Shown here: one piece after another, positions 12,338 through 23,057 of the stretch
Position numbering within the stretch: position 1 is the stretch's first letter
Layout: each line of letters begins with the position of its first letter
Assembly (NCBI RefSeq): GCF_046119375.1
Contig: NW_027362761.1
Location: 941,222,001 to 941,286,000, forward strand
Length of the DNA stretch: 64,000 nt
Direction: 5' to 3'
DNA from: Phyllobates terribilis
Taxonomy: Eukaryota
Made by a program: the position numbers and the translations under genes
The notes under the pieces: model-generated
Seen by the model: only the letters and a program-made list of their open reading frames with translations
The model's database searches: none
Told to the model about the DNA's origin: nothing

Positions 12338-15300
12338 ATGGTGTCGGTTCAGGATTTGGCTAAACACCTGCAGGGACTCTCTCTGGAAGTGGCCGAGCTC
12401 CGTCAGCACGTGAGTAACTGTCCTGGAGCACATTTCTTGGAGCCTAAGGTATGTTTGCCGGATTTATTTTTTGGTGAACACCGAGAATTTTTTTCATTTA
12501 AAAATGCTTGCTTATTGTATTTTCGTTTGAGACCTAAGTCCTCTGGGGATGAATCCCAGCGCGTAGGGTTCATAATGTCACTTTTGCGCAAAGAGCCTCA
12601 GGAGTGGGCCTTTTCTTTGCAACCTAGTGATTCATGCTTCAGATCAGTGGATAGTTTTTTTTCTGCTTTGGGACTATTATATGATGATCTTGACCGTGTC
12701 GCATCAGCTGAGACTGAGTTGAGACGTTTAAAACAAGGATCGGGTAATGTGGAAAAATATTGTACACATTTTCGTCGTTGGTCCACTCAAACAGGGTGGA
12801 ACGATTCTGCTCTGAAAAGTCTATTTCTTGCTGGGCTCAGTGAAAGGGTTAAAGACCTGCTAATTGCTTATCCTACACCTGAGGATTTGCAACAGGCTAT
12901 GCAATTAGCTATACGGGTGGATAGAAGACTGCGTGCTAGGGTTAATGAGAGCAAATCCTCTGCTATGTCAGTTTCTGGTTATGATAATGTGTGTATTAAC
13001 AGTGGTGAACCGATGGAGATTGGATCGGTGGCACCTCGCTCTCAAGAAAAAGACCGTCGTTTTTCGGAAGGCTTGTGCTTCTATTGCGGAAAATCTGGTC
13101 ATTTGATTAAAGGCTGTGAGCTTCGTATGAAGAAAGAAAAAAAAATGGTCAGTCACGCCCGTATTGCCTGTTTAAATTCCAAGGGTATATTTTTAGCTGC
13201 TTCCACGATTGCTCAGGAAAAATTGATGGAATTTCGGGTGTTTGTTGATTGCGGGTCTACACTGAATGTAATTGATGGGGGATTCGTGGAAAAACTCAAT
13301 TTAAAACCTGAACCTTTATCATCCCCCATTGCTGTGGTTTCTGTGGATGGCTCCCCTTTGAAGAATATTACTCTCAAGGTCAGTGAATTTCCTCTCACTA
13401 TTAATGGTGTTCACCATGAGAAATTGGATTTGGTAGTGTTGAATAACTTGCCTTCTCCAGTAATATTGGGTTTGCCCTGGTTAAAATTTCACAATCCTGT
13501 ACTGGATTGGTCTACCAGTGAAATTAAATCCTGGAGCCATAAATGTTATGACAAGTGTTGTAACGGGCGTATTGCAGCTTTGGATAGGGGAGAATTGCCT
13601 GTTCCTATTCAGGATTTTTGGAGAGTTTTTTCTGAGAAAGAATCGCAGGTTTTGCCTCCCCATAGAGACTATGATTGTTCTATTGAATTTGTCCCTGGAG
13701 CGACTCTTCCTAAGAGTCGTTTATTTAACCTTACTATTCCTGAGAGGAAGGCTTTGGAGGAATACATACAGACAAGCTTGGCCGCCGGTCACATTAGGCC
13801 CTCTAAGTCTCCTGTGGCGGTTGGATTTTTTTTTGTAAAAAAAAAGGACGGCGGTTTACGTCCTTGTCTGGATTTTCGTGAGATTAACAAAATTACGGTA
13901 CGCAATCCTTACCCACTGCCATTGATTCCTGATCTGTTTAACCAGTTATTGGGGGCCAAGTGGTTCTCTAAAATTGACCTTAAGGGGGCATACAATCTGT
14001 TGCGCATGAAGGAGGGTGATGAATGGAAGACTGCTTTTAACACTCCTGTGGGTCATTTTGAGAATCTGGTTATGCCTTTTGGTCTTACTAATGCTCCTGC
14101 ATTTTTTCAGAATCTGATTAATGACATCCTTAGACCTTTGATCGGTAAAAATGTGGTTGTGTATTTGGATGACATTTTGATTTATTCGCCAGATCTGGAG
14201 TCTCATTGGTGGAGCGTGCGTGAAGTATTACAGTTATTAATGGACAATTCGCTTTTTGCTAAGCTGGAGAAATGTGAGTTCGCTGTACAGAGAATTAGTT
14301 TTTTGGGCTACATTATCTCCAGCAAAGGTTTTGAGATGGATCCGGTTAAGGTTCAGGCTGTGCAGGAATGGCCTAGGCCTATTGGTTTGAAATCGATACA
14401 GAGGTTTTTGGGTTTCGCCAATTACTATAGAAAATTCATAAAACATTTTTCTAGTATTGTCAAACCTCTGACTGATCTCACCAGGAAAGGTGCTGATGCG
14501 GTTCAGTGGTCTTCTGAGGCCATTGAAGCTTTTGTGTATCTCAAGGAGAGGTTCACCTCTGCTCCCATCCTTATGCAGCCTGATGTTACTAGGCCGTTTT
14601 TGGTTGAGGTTGATGCTTCCTCTGTGGGGGTTGGCGCAGTATTGTCTCAGGATAACGGGGATGGATTACATCCCTGTGCCTTTTTTTCAAAAAAATTTTC
14701 GGAGACTGAATTGAATTACGATGTTGGTAATCGGGAATTATTGGCTATTAAACTCGCATTTGAACACTGGCGCCACTTCTTGGAAGGTGCGGAATTTCCC
14801 GTTCAGGTTCTTACGGATCATAAAAATCTGATATATCTTGATGCTGCCAAGCGCCTTAATGCCCGTCAGGCTAGGTGGGCACTGTTTTTCTCGCGGTTTA
14901 ATTTCTCCGTTACTTACATCCCTGGTACTAAGAATGTTAAGGCGGATGCCTTGTCTCGCAGTTTTTCTCCCATAGTCGGTGCTGAGAAAGAGGAAAACAT
15001 TTTACAAGAAGGTGTTGTGATAGCTGCTTTAGACTCCGTTTTGGAAGATGAGATTCTTAAAGCTCAGGAGAATGCCCCATCTAACACTCCTCATGGGAGG
15101 TTGTTTGTGCCTGGGACCTTTAGGAGAGATTTGTTTGTTGAGTGTCACGAATCTCGGTTGGCAGGTCATCCCGGAATCTCTGAGACCAAGAGACTGGTGG
15201 GTCGCAGTTTTTGGTGGCCTGGATGGCAGAAGGAAGTCATTAAGTGGGTGCGCCAATGTACTATATGTGCTAGATCTAAGTCCTCAGACACTCCTGCTGC

Positions 15301-16405
15301 GGGGTTGCTTTGTCCTTTGGAGGTCCCCAGTGCTCCTTGGACACATTTGGCTATGGACTTTATAACTGACCTTCCCCCCTCTGAGAGTTTTACTGTCATT
15401 TGGGTGGTCGTGGACCGTTTTAGCAAGATGTGTCACTTGGTTCCCTTCGTCAAACTGCCCTGCGCTAAAACTCTCGCTAAGACCTTTGTCAAAGAAATTG
15501 TCAGACTTCATGGCGTTCCTACTGACATTGTTTCTGATAGGGGTCCTCAGTTCGTGGCTCGTTTTTGGCGTGCCTTTTGTGACAGGTTGGGAATTCATTT
15601 GTCGTTTTCGTCCGGATATCATCCTGAATCTAATGGCCAGACAGAAAGGAAAAACCAGGATGTTGAGCAGTTCTTGCGTTGTTTTGTGGCAGACAATCAA
15701 GAGGGGTGGTCTGAGTTTCTGCCACTTGCCGAATTTGCTCTGAACAATCATACATCTTCTTCTGCTGGTTGTTCGCCTTTTTTTTGTTGTTCTGGGAGAC
15801 ATCCGTCGTTTGGGTCATTCTCCAAGTTGGGATCTGCCGTGCCTGAGGAGGAGAATTTTTCCGGTGATTTGGAAAGAGTTTGGACGGATGTGCGTGGTAA
15901 TCTTCAGGAGGCCAACAGAAAATCTAAAGACTACTTTGATAGGAAACGACAGGAGGTTTTGTTCGCTGTTGGTGACATGGTTTGGTTGTCCTCTAGGAAT
16001 CTGCGGTTGAGGATTCCTTCTAAGAAATTGGGTCCCAAGTTTGTAGGGCCCTTTAAGGTGCTTCAGGTTGTCAACCAATCTGCTGTTAGGTTGGAGGTTC
16101 CTACCTCCTGGAGAATTAATCCGGTCTTTCATGTCTCTCTGTTAAAAAAAGCTGTTGTGTCGGATGGTGACGCCTCTGCCTCTGTTCCTCCGGTGGTGGA
16201 GGACGGGGAATATGAAATTTCTCGCATCCTTGACTCTAGACGGTATAGAGGTAGTTTGCAGTATCTTGTGGCCTGGAAAGGTTTCGGACCCGAGGATAAC
16301 TCTTGGGTGAGGTCAGATGATGTTTCCGCGTCCAGACTTATCAGAGCGTTTCACAGGAGATTTCCTGATAAGCCTGGTCCTAGGGGATCCGGAGGATCCT
16401 CTTAG
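12338..16405 (+). CDS. Gag-Pol polyprotein, 1355 aa (capsid, CCHC knuckle, protease, RT, RNase H, integrase, chromodomain)
   Basis: CFYCGKSGHLIKGC zinc knuckle, FVDCGS protease, YLDD RT, VEVDAS and TDHKNL RNase H, HHCC plus D-D-E (GQTER) integrase, QYLVAWKGFGPEDNSW chromodomain. Confidence 0.95.
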   Translation: MVSVQDLAKHLQGLSLEVAELRQHVSNCPGAHFLEPKVCLPDLFFGEHREFFSFKNACLLYFRLRPKSSGDESQRVGFIMSLLRKEPQEWAFSLQPSDSCFRSVDSFFSALGLLYDDLDRVASAETELRRLKQGSGNVEKYCTHFRRWSTQTGWNDSALKSLFLAGLSERVKDLLIAYPTPEDLQQAMQLAIRVDRRLRARVNESKSSAMSVSGYDNVCINSGEPMEIGSVAPRSQEKDRRFSEGLCFYCGKSGHLIKGCELRMKKEKKMVSHARIACLNSKGIFLAASTIAQEKLMEFRVFVDCGSTLNVIDGGFVEKLNLKPEPLSSPIAVVSVDGSPLKNITLKVSEFPLTINGVHHEKLDLVVLNNLPSPVILGLPWLKFHNPVLDWSTSEIKSWSHKCYDKCCNGRIAALDRGELPVPIQDFWRVFSEKESQVLPPHRDYDCSIEFVPGATLPKSRLFNLTIPERKALEEYIQTSLAAGHIRPSKSPVAVGFFFVKKKDGGLRPCLDFREINKITVRNPYPLPLIPDLFNQLLGAKWFSKIDLKGAYNLLRMKEGDEWKTAFNTPVGHFENLVMPFGLTNAPAFFQNLINDILRPLIGKNVVVYLDDILIYSPDLESHWWSVREVLQLLMDNSLFAKLEKCEFAVQRISFLGYIISSKGFEMDPVKVQAVQEWPRPIGLKSIQRFLGFANYYRKFIKHFSSIVKPLTDLTRKGADAVQWSSEAIEAFVYLKERFTSAPILMQPDVTRPFLVEVDASSVGVGAVLSQDNGDGLHPCAFFSKKFSETELNYDVGNRELLAIKLAFEHWRHFLEGAEFPVQVLTDHKNLIYLDAAKRLNARQARWALFFSRFNFSVTYIPGTKNVKADALSRSFSPIVGAEKEENILQEGVVIAALDSVLEDEILKAQENAPSNTPHGRLFVPGTFRRDLFVECHESRLAGHPGISETKRLVGRSFWWPGWQKEVIKWVRQCTICARSKSSDTPAAGLLCPLEVPSAPWTHLAMDFITDLPPSESFTVIWVVVDRFSKMCHLVPFVKLPCAKTLAKTFVKEIVRLHGVPTDIVSDRGPQFVARFWRAFCDRLGIHLSFSSGYHPESNGQTERKNQDVEQFLRCFVADNQEGWSEFLPLAEFALNNHTSSSAGCSPFFCCSGRHPSFGSFSKLGSAVPEEENFSGDLERVWTDVRGNLQEANRKSKDYFDRKRQEVLFAVGDMVWLSSRNLRLRIPSKKLGPKFVGPFKVLQVVNQSAVRLEVPTSWRINPVFHVSLLKKAVVSDGDASASVPPVVEDGEYEISRILDSRRYRGSLQYLVAWKGFGPEDNSWVRSDDVSASRLIRAFHRRFPDKPGPRGSGGSS

Positions 16406-16417
16406 AAGGGGGGGTAC

Positions 16418-16839
16418 TGTTAGAACCTTGCTGTTAGGTTTTTTTTCCTTTGCTGGTCACATGACCTTGTTGGCCTATTTAATCCTGCTCCCCCCTTCTG
16501 GCTTTGCTGGACTTCATTGTATATCTACTTTCTAGCTAGCCTGTGCTCTGTATCTATCTCTGTTAGTTTGCTTGGTCTACGGACCTCTATGTTCTATCTA
16601 TTTTGTTTGTTCGTCTGTCTGCTAATATTTCTGTTAGGAGGTGTCCCATATTCCTTCCAGTCCTTAGTACTTGTAGGGATTCCCTCCCCACATCTATAGG
16701 TCTTCGTACAGACTAGATTAGGACTTTAGCAGGTCTGATCGCAGGATCAGGTTCCCTGTTACATCGTAGGGATTCAGCTGAGTCCTATAGTAGGGACAGA
16801 TCTCCTCTCTTTCCTTAGCTTTGGTAGCAGAACATAACA
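16418..16839 (+). repeat. 3' LTR of element 1
   Basis: Follows the PPT plus TAC. Near-identical to 11865-12286. Confidence 0.95.
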
Positions 16840-17009
16840 ATAACATTTAGATTATAGTAGTCTGCTATCAGCCCTCAAGAACGATTGTTCTCATATAATC
16901 TATTTCTTTCAACTTTAATGTTATATTTATATTGGCAACTTTATAAGTTATTGTGGATATTATTTCTTATCTCATGAAGATCTCTTCACTGGTTCTACAG
17001 TTTGTCTAT

Positions 17010-17345
17010 TAAGGTAGCACTGTTATGGGGCAATGTGTCCGCTTTTTATGAGATTAGTGCAACTGTAGTGGTCTCTTATGGGGCACTGTTGGCTCGCAAA
17101 TGGCATTGTTGGCTTTTGCAAAGGCACTGTTGTTGTATCCTGCTGTGGCACTATCTTTGGCTATTACAAAGACATTGTTCTTGGCTCTTACAGGGGCACT
17201 GTTGTTCCCACAGGGGCAAAGTTGGCTTTTGCAGGGGCACTGTTGCTCCCACAGAGGTAATGTTGGCTTTTGCAGGGACACTGTTGTTGACTCCTATAGG
17301 AGTACTGTTGTTGGCTTTTGCACGGGCATTGTTGTTGTTTTATAG
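17010..17345. repeat. Degenerate minisatellite (GGGGCACTGTTGTTGGCT-like core)
   Basis: Recurrent GGGCACTGTTG / GGCTTTTGCA motifs. A related array lies at 18118-18560. Confidence 0.65.
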
Positions 17346-17567
17346 GGACTGAACATCTGTTCATCAACGTACCCAATTAACAGAGATCAGAGAGTTTGTA
17401 GATAAAAATAAGAGTACAACAAATTGGGATAAGGGCATCTGCATTCCACTGACCATGCCATACCCTTGCAGTTTCAGACAATATCAGTCAAAATAATTAA
17501 ATCTGGCAGATGACATTTACAATTGTTCTCGTGTAATCTATTTCAGTCTACTTTAATATACATATAT

Positions 17568-17870
17568 TGATCCTTTGTTAGGTGAAGAGAATGGGGTATC
17601 AGACTGCGCTGCTCGCCTGTCAGAATAATGTACCAGAGGAATCCAAGTTGATGTAATGATGAATAGAATAGACTTTATTTCTACGCGTTTTGTGGTGATC
17701 ACACCATTTCCTCAGGATAGACTGTCCTGAGGAAGCGGTGTGATCACCACGAAACGCGTAGAAATAAAGTCTATTTCATCATTACATCGACTTGGATTCC
17801 TCTGGTACATTACTCTGACAGGCGAGCAGCGCAGTCTGATGCACCATTCTCTTCACCCAACAAAGGATCA
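17568..17870. repeat. About 150-bp-arm fold-back palindrome, probable inverted Penelope pseudo-LTR pair
   Basis: 17568-17717 is the reverse complement of 17725-17870 around the spacer TAGACTG. Each arm carries a hammerhead-like core. On the right arm AATAAA follows the core. Confidence 0.85.
17725..17762 (+). ncRNA. Minimal type I hammerhead ribozyme motif
   Basis: CTGAGGA (17727-17733), stem II GGTG-TGAT-CACC, GAAA (17751-17754), palindromic CGCG, then TA with predicted cleavage after 17760. Stem I is only about 2 bp. Confidence 0.6.
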
Positions 17871-18117
17871 CTGCTTCGGGGTTTGCAGTAGCCGCCAATG
17901 CTAAGTACATTGGTTGTGTCTTACACAACCCTAATAGGTGAATGAATTTGAATTATCTTTCACAAATATTATTTTTATCTCGGATAAGACCCTATGTGCA
18001 CTCTATATTCCTTCTAGTTACCTCAATATACTGTACATATATTGGAATTTTATGAGCTAATGTGAAGATGACTTTTAAGATGTTATTTCTTTCTCATTAA
18101 CAATGTGAAGGTCTCCT

Positions 18118-18560
18118 ATGGGGTTATATAATTTGCTTCTTAAGGTAGCACTATTATGGGGCAAAATGTCTGTTATTTATGAAATGAGTGCTTCTGTAGT
18201 TGTCTCTCTTGGGACACTGTTGGCTGTTGTTGGCTGTTACAGGGACATTGTTCTTTGCTCATACAGGGGCACTGTTGATGACTCTTACAAGGATACTATT
18301 CTTGGCTTTGCAGGGGCACTGTTGTTGGATCCTAAAGGGGCAGTGATATTTCTCTTTTGCAAGGGCACTGTTGTTGGCTCCTACAAGGACATTGTTCTTG
18401 TCTCTTACAGGGGCACAGTTGTTGTTATTACAGGGGTACTGTAGTTGGCTTTCGTGGGGGGCACCATTGATGACTGCAACAGGTGTACTTGTATTGACTA
18501 TTACAGGGACATTACTATTGGCTTTTTTTGTGATACTGCTGTTTGTTCAGTGGGGTCCTT
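18118..18560. repeat. Degenerate minisatellite related to 17010-17345
   Basis: Shares the TTAAGGTAGCACT..ATGGGGCAA lead-in and GGGCACTGTTG repeats. Confidence 0.6.
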
Positions 18561-18919
18561 TCTTCCATTCTCTCTCTCTTCTGTAGTTTTAAAGCTCTCA
18601 TGGTAAGCAAAGACCTCTCTCTCCTACAGAGTTTAAGCTCTTATGGTTAGAAGATTCCTCTCTTTCTTCCTCTCTCATCTCCCACACGTGTATTTTTCAA
18701 GCAATTTAAAGCTTTCCAGTATTGATGTTCATACAAATTTATTCGCCGAAAATTTGATGAAGCTGGCGAATTCAAATTTCAAAATATTTGCTCATCTCTA
18801 CTGCTGTGACCAGTAGACGGAGCCAAAATATCTCTGTAGTATCCAGTAAACAACCTAGAAACTTTCCTTTAGGGAATATTTGGGGAAGATTTTATAAGGA
18901 GTGCAGGTCAAAGTTTGTC

Positions 18920-19444
18920 TGTCACGATTCCTCCACTCAGGGTGGTGAGTGGCAGCTCAGCTGTCCAATCTTGGGCAGGAGCATGCTGAGTGTCAGTATT
19001 GTAATAGGCAGCTGAGCCGTCCAATCTGAGGCTGAAATGAGGCTGAACTGTCAGTGTTGTGAGTGACAGTTAAGTCGACCAATCAGGGCCAGGCATGCTG
19101 TGTTTCCTATAGGTGTCTTCTGTTCTCAGTGATTCCCTGGTTATTTAACTGTCTGTCTGCCTCTGATTACTGACAGCTGTAGCTTTAGCTCAGTATTGCA
19201 TGTTTGCCTTGTTCTTCAGTGTTCTGTCTCTGATTTATTGCTGCCTGACCTTTGACCTTTCCTCTGACCATCCACTTGCCTAGCCCCTTTGTCTTGATCT
19301 GCTACTTTTCTAGAATTTTGAACTCGGATTGTGACCTGAATAGGCCTTTGCCTTACCTCTTTTGTTTATGACTAGCCCTCTTTGAATCTGAACTCTTGAC
19401 TACCCAGCCTCACGGCTTGTTCATGAGTAGTGACTAGCATCACA
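18920..19444 (+). mobile_element. Solo LTR
   Basis: Termini TGTCACG...CATCACA, with flanks TTGTC / GTGTC (4 of 5 match as TSD). Pyrimidine-rich LTR-like body. Confidence 0.7.
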
Positions 19445-19659
19445 GTGTCATAGGGGACAGGCAGAGAGAAAGATAGAGGCTTCTGCATGTCAGCAACTGG
19501 TAGGCACAACAAACCTCCCAACAGTATCAGAAATCTATAGGAGCAGGAGACAGACTGTTGGCTCCAAGGAGACAGCTACCAAGCAGAGTGGCAAAGTGTA
19601 AAAAGAGACTGCATACAGAACAGCAAGAATCCGGCACCAGGATCTTCCTTATAAAAATA

Positions 19660-19765
19660 ACACATGAAAGCTGCAATGAAGGACAAGAGGATGACACTGT
19701 CAGAGGCCATAGCTGAAGACCGAAAGCACTGGGGTCTTCCATCTGTGACTACAAGTATTCAGAAA
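19660..19765 (+). mobile_element. Possible 3' end of an RTE-clade LINE
   Basis: Translates as MTLSEAIAEDRKHWGLPSVTTS, which resembles the RTE/BovB C-terminal L..DR..W....VT.S pattern. Very degenerate. Confidence 0.3.
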
Positions 19766-19994
19766 CATTCAGTTACTATCATTGTGGCCCTGTTGCCCCT
19801 GTTCAGAACCCACCCACTTAAAGAGACTTTGAGGTTACATTTGCTTATTTTTCCATATTGCCTATGAATACTACAATTTTGCCTGATCTCGGCTAACAGT
19901 AAATCTGTGTTAAAAACAAATCCAGTCTTGGTGTCATTGTCGACTATCCACCTGTATCTTACAGCACCACTGGAGACCTGGGTAAAACCATTAA

Positions 19995-20233
19995 AGGGAT
20001 TGTCCACTACTTGAACAACACTTTTGGAATTTCTCCAGTAGAATATTAATACTTGCACTCACATTTAGTGCCAGCACTGTTCTAATGTTATCAGCACTGT
20101 CTCTCCTTGGGCTCTGATGACACATACGGGAGAAACAGTGCTGGCACAGCTGGAACATTGTGTAAGTTTTATTATTTTACTGGGGGCAAACATAAGGATT
20201 CAAAAAGGGTTGTCTGAGTAGTGGACAACCGCT
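19995..20233. mobile_element. Kolobok/T2-type MITE
   Basis: TTAA-AGGGATTGTCCACTACT at the left and AGTAGTGGACAACCGCT-TTAA at the right. TTAA TSD. Confidence 0.85.
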
Positions 20234-23057
20234 TTAAGATAATTACATTGTTAAAAGGCAAAGATTTGCATTTAACGCCCATTTATCTAATAAACTAATT
20301 TTGTATTTGCACTATATACCTCTTAATAAGACAACTATTGTACCACTTTGTAAATCAATAAAAATATAGCATTGTATTTATGCAAAAATTAATCTTATTT
20401 TTTTCATTCACCTTCATGACTAACAACATGCATGTACAGTTCCATCACCAATTTTTTTAAAGCTTGCAATTAATGGAAACATGGAAGAGCATCAAGATCT
20501 CACTGTTTCAATGGAGGTCTCTTTCTAATTATTATTGTGTATGTAAAGTAGCATGGATACACCATTGTATTATGCTGTTGTTCCTGTTTGTTTTTGTACC
20601 TTTGAGCTGCTAATCATTTGCTCTTCTTAGATAACACTTCCTTACAGATCTACATCCAGTAAGTTCATGAAGCGCGCCAGTCATTTCTGCTCCGTGAGCC
20701 ATTTATAATTCAGCGTAAAAAGTAAGAAACACGCAATGGATCATTAATAGTTTAGTTCATTAGTGTCAACAGTCTTGTCTTCAGATAATGGCAGACATTT
20801 ACAAAGCCTGCATAACATTGTGCTCAAAGCAGATGAAAGTAGCTGGCTCATCCAAGCATACTGCAAAGAATGACCTCAGTTTTTCTTTGTTTGAAATCAT
20901 CCACACCTGTATTTCCGGTCACATCCTTATTAAAATAAAATAAAATGCATTTTCCAACAGGCAGGAGCTGCTTCTTACATTCCTCAAGAAACGGGAAAGA
21001 ATTGAGATTACTGCTTCGATATACTAAACATAATAAGGAGACTCCTTCATAAATTTGCCCGTTGAGATGAGAGCAAAACCATGGTGAAATGCATATGTAT
21101 ATTAAAAAAACAGCGTCAAGTGTCTCTGATGTTAAAAAGGATAAAATATGTATGAGCGAGGAACTACAAATGGAAAAGACTATAAAGGACTAAAAAGAGT
21201 TGGTCTGAGTGGCTGCTTTTATGTCCCGTGTAATCTGAAGGCTGTATTAACCAATTCTAGATCAGCGATGGATGCAACTGTTTGTCTGCTAAGAAATATA
21301 CCTAGATGAGGTGGTTCGGCTGATAGCATCTCCATGTCGTCCTGCTGCAGATATCACTTTCCTTTTATCTGAATCCTATATGAAAGACGTTGTATCAGCA
21401 TATTTTCTTCTTAGCCGATTAGCAGTGTAACTCTTCCCTGTATTGGACAGACATTGGTTCCGTAAATGCCATTTGTGATCTGCCGGGAGAAAAAAATTGA
21501 TGGGGGTGACAAGAGTTTAATGGGGTTTCTTTTAATCATGCTGACTTCATGAAATCTATAAAGTTCAGCAGCCGCAGATATTTCTTGACGATTAAAAGAT
21601 TTTTTTTTTTTTGCCAGTATAAACAGGGCTCTTTCTTATCTGAGAATCAAACAATTTCTGCACGGCATAAAAAAAAATGGTAAGCCGCACGCGCTCCCAG
21701 CATGCATCTGGAATACATTTCGATCAAACAATCTCTTAAAGCAATAGAAAATTGACTGAATTTTAAATGGAAGCATTGTATTTAAATATGTCAAGCTGCT
21801 CTTTGCTCATCTCAATAAGGGAAACATATTGACTCCCAGCTGCAGCTAATGCAGTTTTTTATAAATATCCTGTCAGACAAATAATGGTTCTCTATGGATT
21901 CCAGTGTGATGTACATTTCTAAAGCAAACACCGAACAGCCAGGAGGCTTGAGGGAAACAGCCATAACAAGACTCTGAACTAAAAAATAGGATTTATTTTA
22001 TCTTCATTACTACAGTACCATGTATTAGAGGACCCATTACAAGAATGTCAGCTGTTTAACCAAAACTAAGTTGTCCACACGTCTCGAAAAAAGCTGCACC
22101 ACTAAGAAATACGTTCGGAGAAGATTATCAGAGCTGGGCTATTCTTTCTACAATTTAGAATATTGAAAAAAAAATCTAAATTCACGTGGCATCGAATAAA
22201 AATAAACCCAAAATCCCAAACTATAAATGAACGTGATAATTGAACAACTTGTATCAGAACAGCCTCTTTCTGTGTTCCTATTGTGTGGAGACAAAGACTC
22301 TTTATTATCCAGCGATATATCTGTCAAGGTTTGGCTCAGTTACCAATCAATATGTCCTGTTTTTGGAAGTTTGCAAATGGAAAGGTTCTTTTCTATTTAT
22401 GTTCTTCACTGCTTCACTTATGTTTCATTAAAACATAACTTTGAATTTGTATCTTACGGAGATGGCAATAACCGCAACAGATGCCAGTAAGTTGAATAAA
22501 GTGACACATTTACGCGTATTGCTGCCAAGATGGAGGGTGGATGTTAAAACACTGCAAATCTTTTATTTTATCTTCAGCTACAAGTTTAGTCTAGCAAGAA
22601 AAAGAGAATATGTTATTGAAGTGCCATAATGTAAGACACATGATTTCTGTATACAGACGGGTCCATGGCTTTCCTAACTTGTTGGACAGTGCTTGCATTA
22701 ATTTTCAGTACGGTAATTGCTACATCAAAATAATAATTATTGATCTGTAGCAGATGAATACATTTCTAAAAGTGTATTTAGTTTTTAGTAAATGGAAAAC
22801 ATGGATTTCACATGCAGATTTCAAGGGAACTTGTTAGCATATTTTTGCAAATGGAAGTAGTGATATGGCTGTGTAGACTCTTGTCCCCCACTAAAAATGA
22901 TACCTTTCTTGTATAGATTCAATAGGCCAGTCATGAGAAGTCTACTTTAGAAACCATATGCAAATCAGCCTGGAAGAGCACTGTCGTTGTGTCTATGCAC
23001 CTGAACCAAAATGTGTATTATCATGCTCAGAGGTCTCTCCAGACCTCAGAACATAAT

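Larger units (their letters stand above)
11865..16839 (+). mobile_element. Full-length chromodomain Ty3/Gypsy LTR retrotransposon (Tf1/sushi-type), element 1
   Basis: Two 422-bp LTRs with 4 differences, outer termini TGTTA..TAACA, 5-bp TSD ATAAC (11860-11864 and 16840-16844), PPT AGAAGGGGGGG at 16404-16414, intact gag-pol. Confidence 0.97.

Noticed and set aside
12403-16132. Many 60-170-aa antisense and off-frame ORFs over gag-pol (also over element 2 and CR1)
   Set aside because: Shadow ORFs expected over long coding regions, with no recognisable motifs.
16831-16844. Element 1 ending at 16834 (GAACA) with a 4-bp TAAC TSD
   Set aside because: Ending at 16839 gives equal 422-bp LTRs, a TGTTA/TAACA inverted terminus, a 5-bp ATAAC TSD, a PBS flush with the LTR, and agreement with the paralogous empty site.
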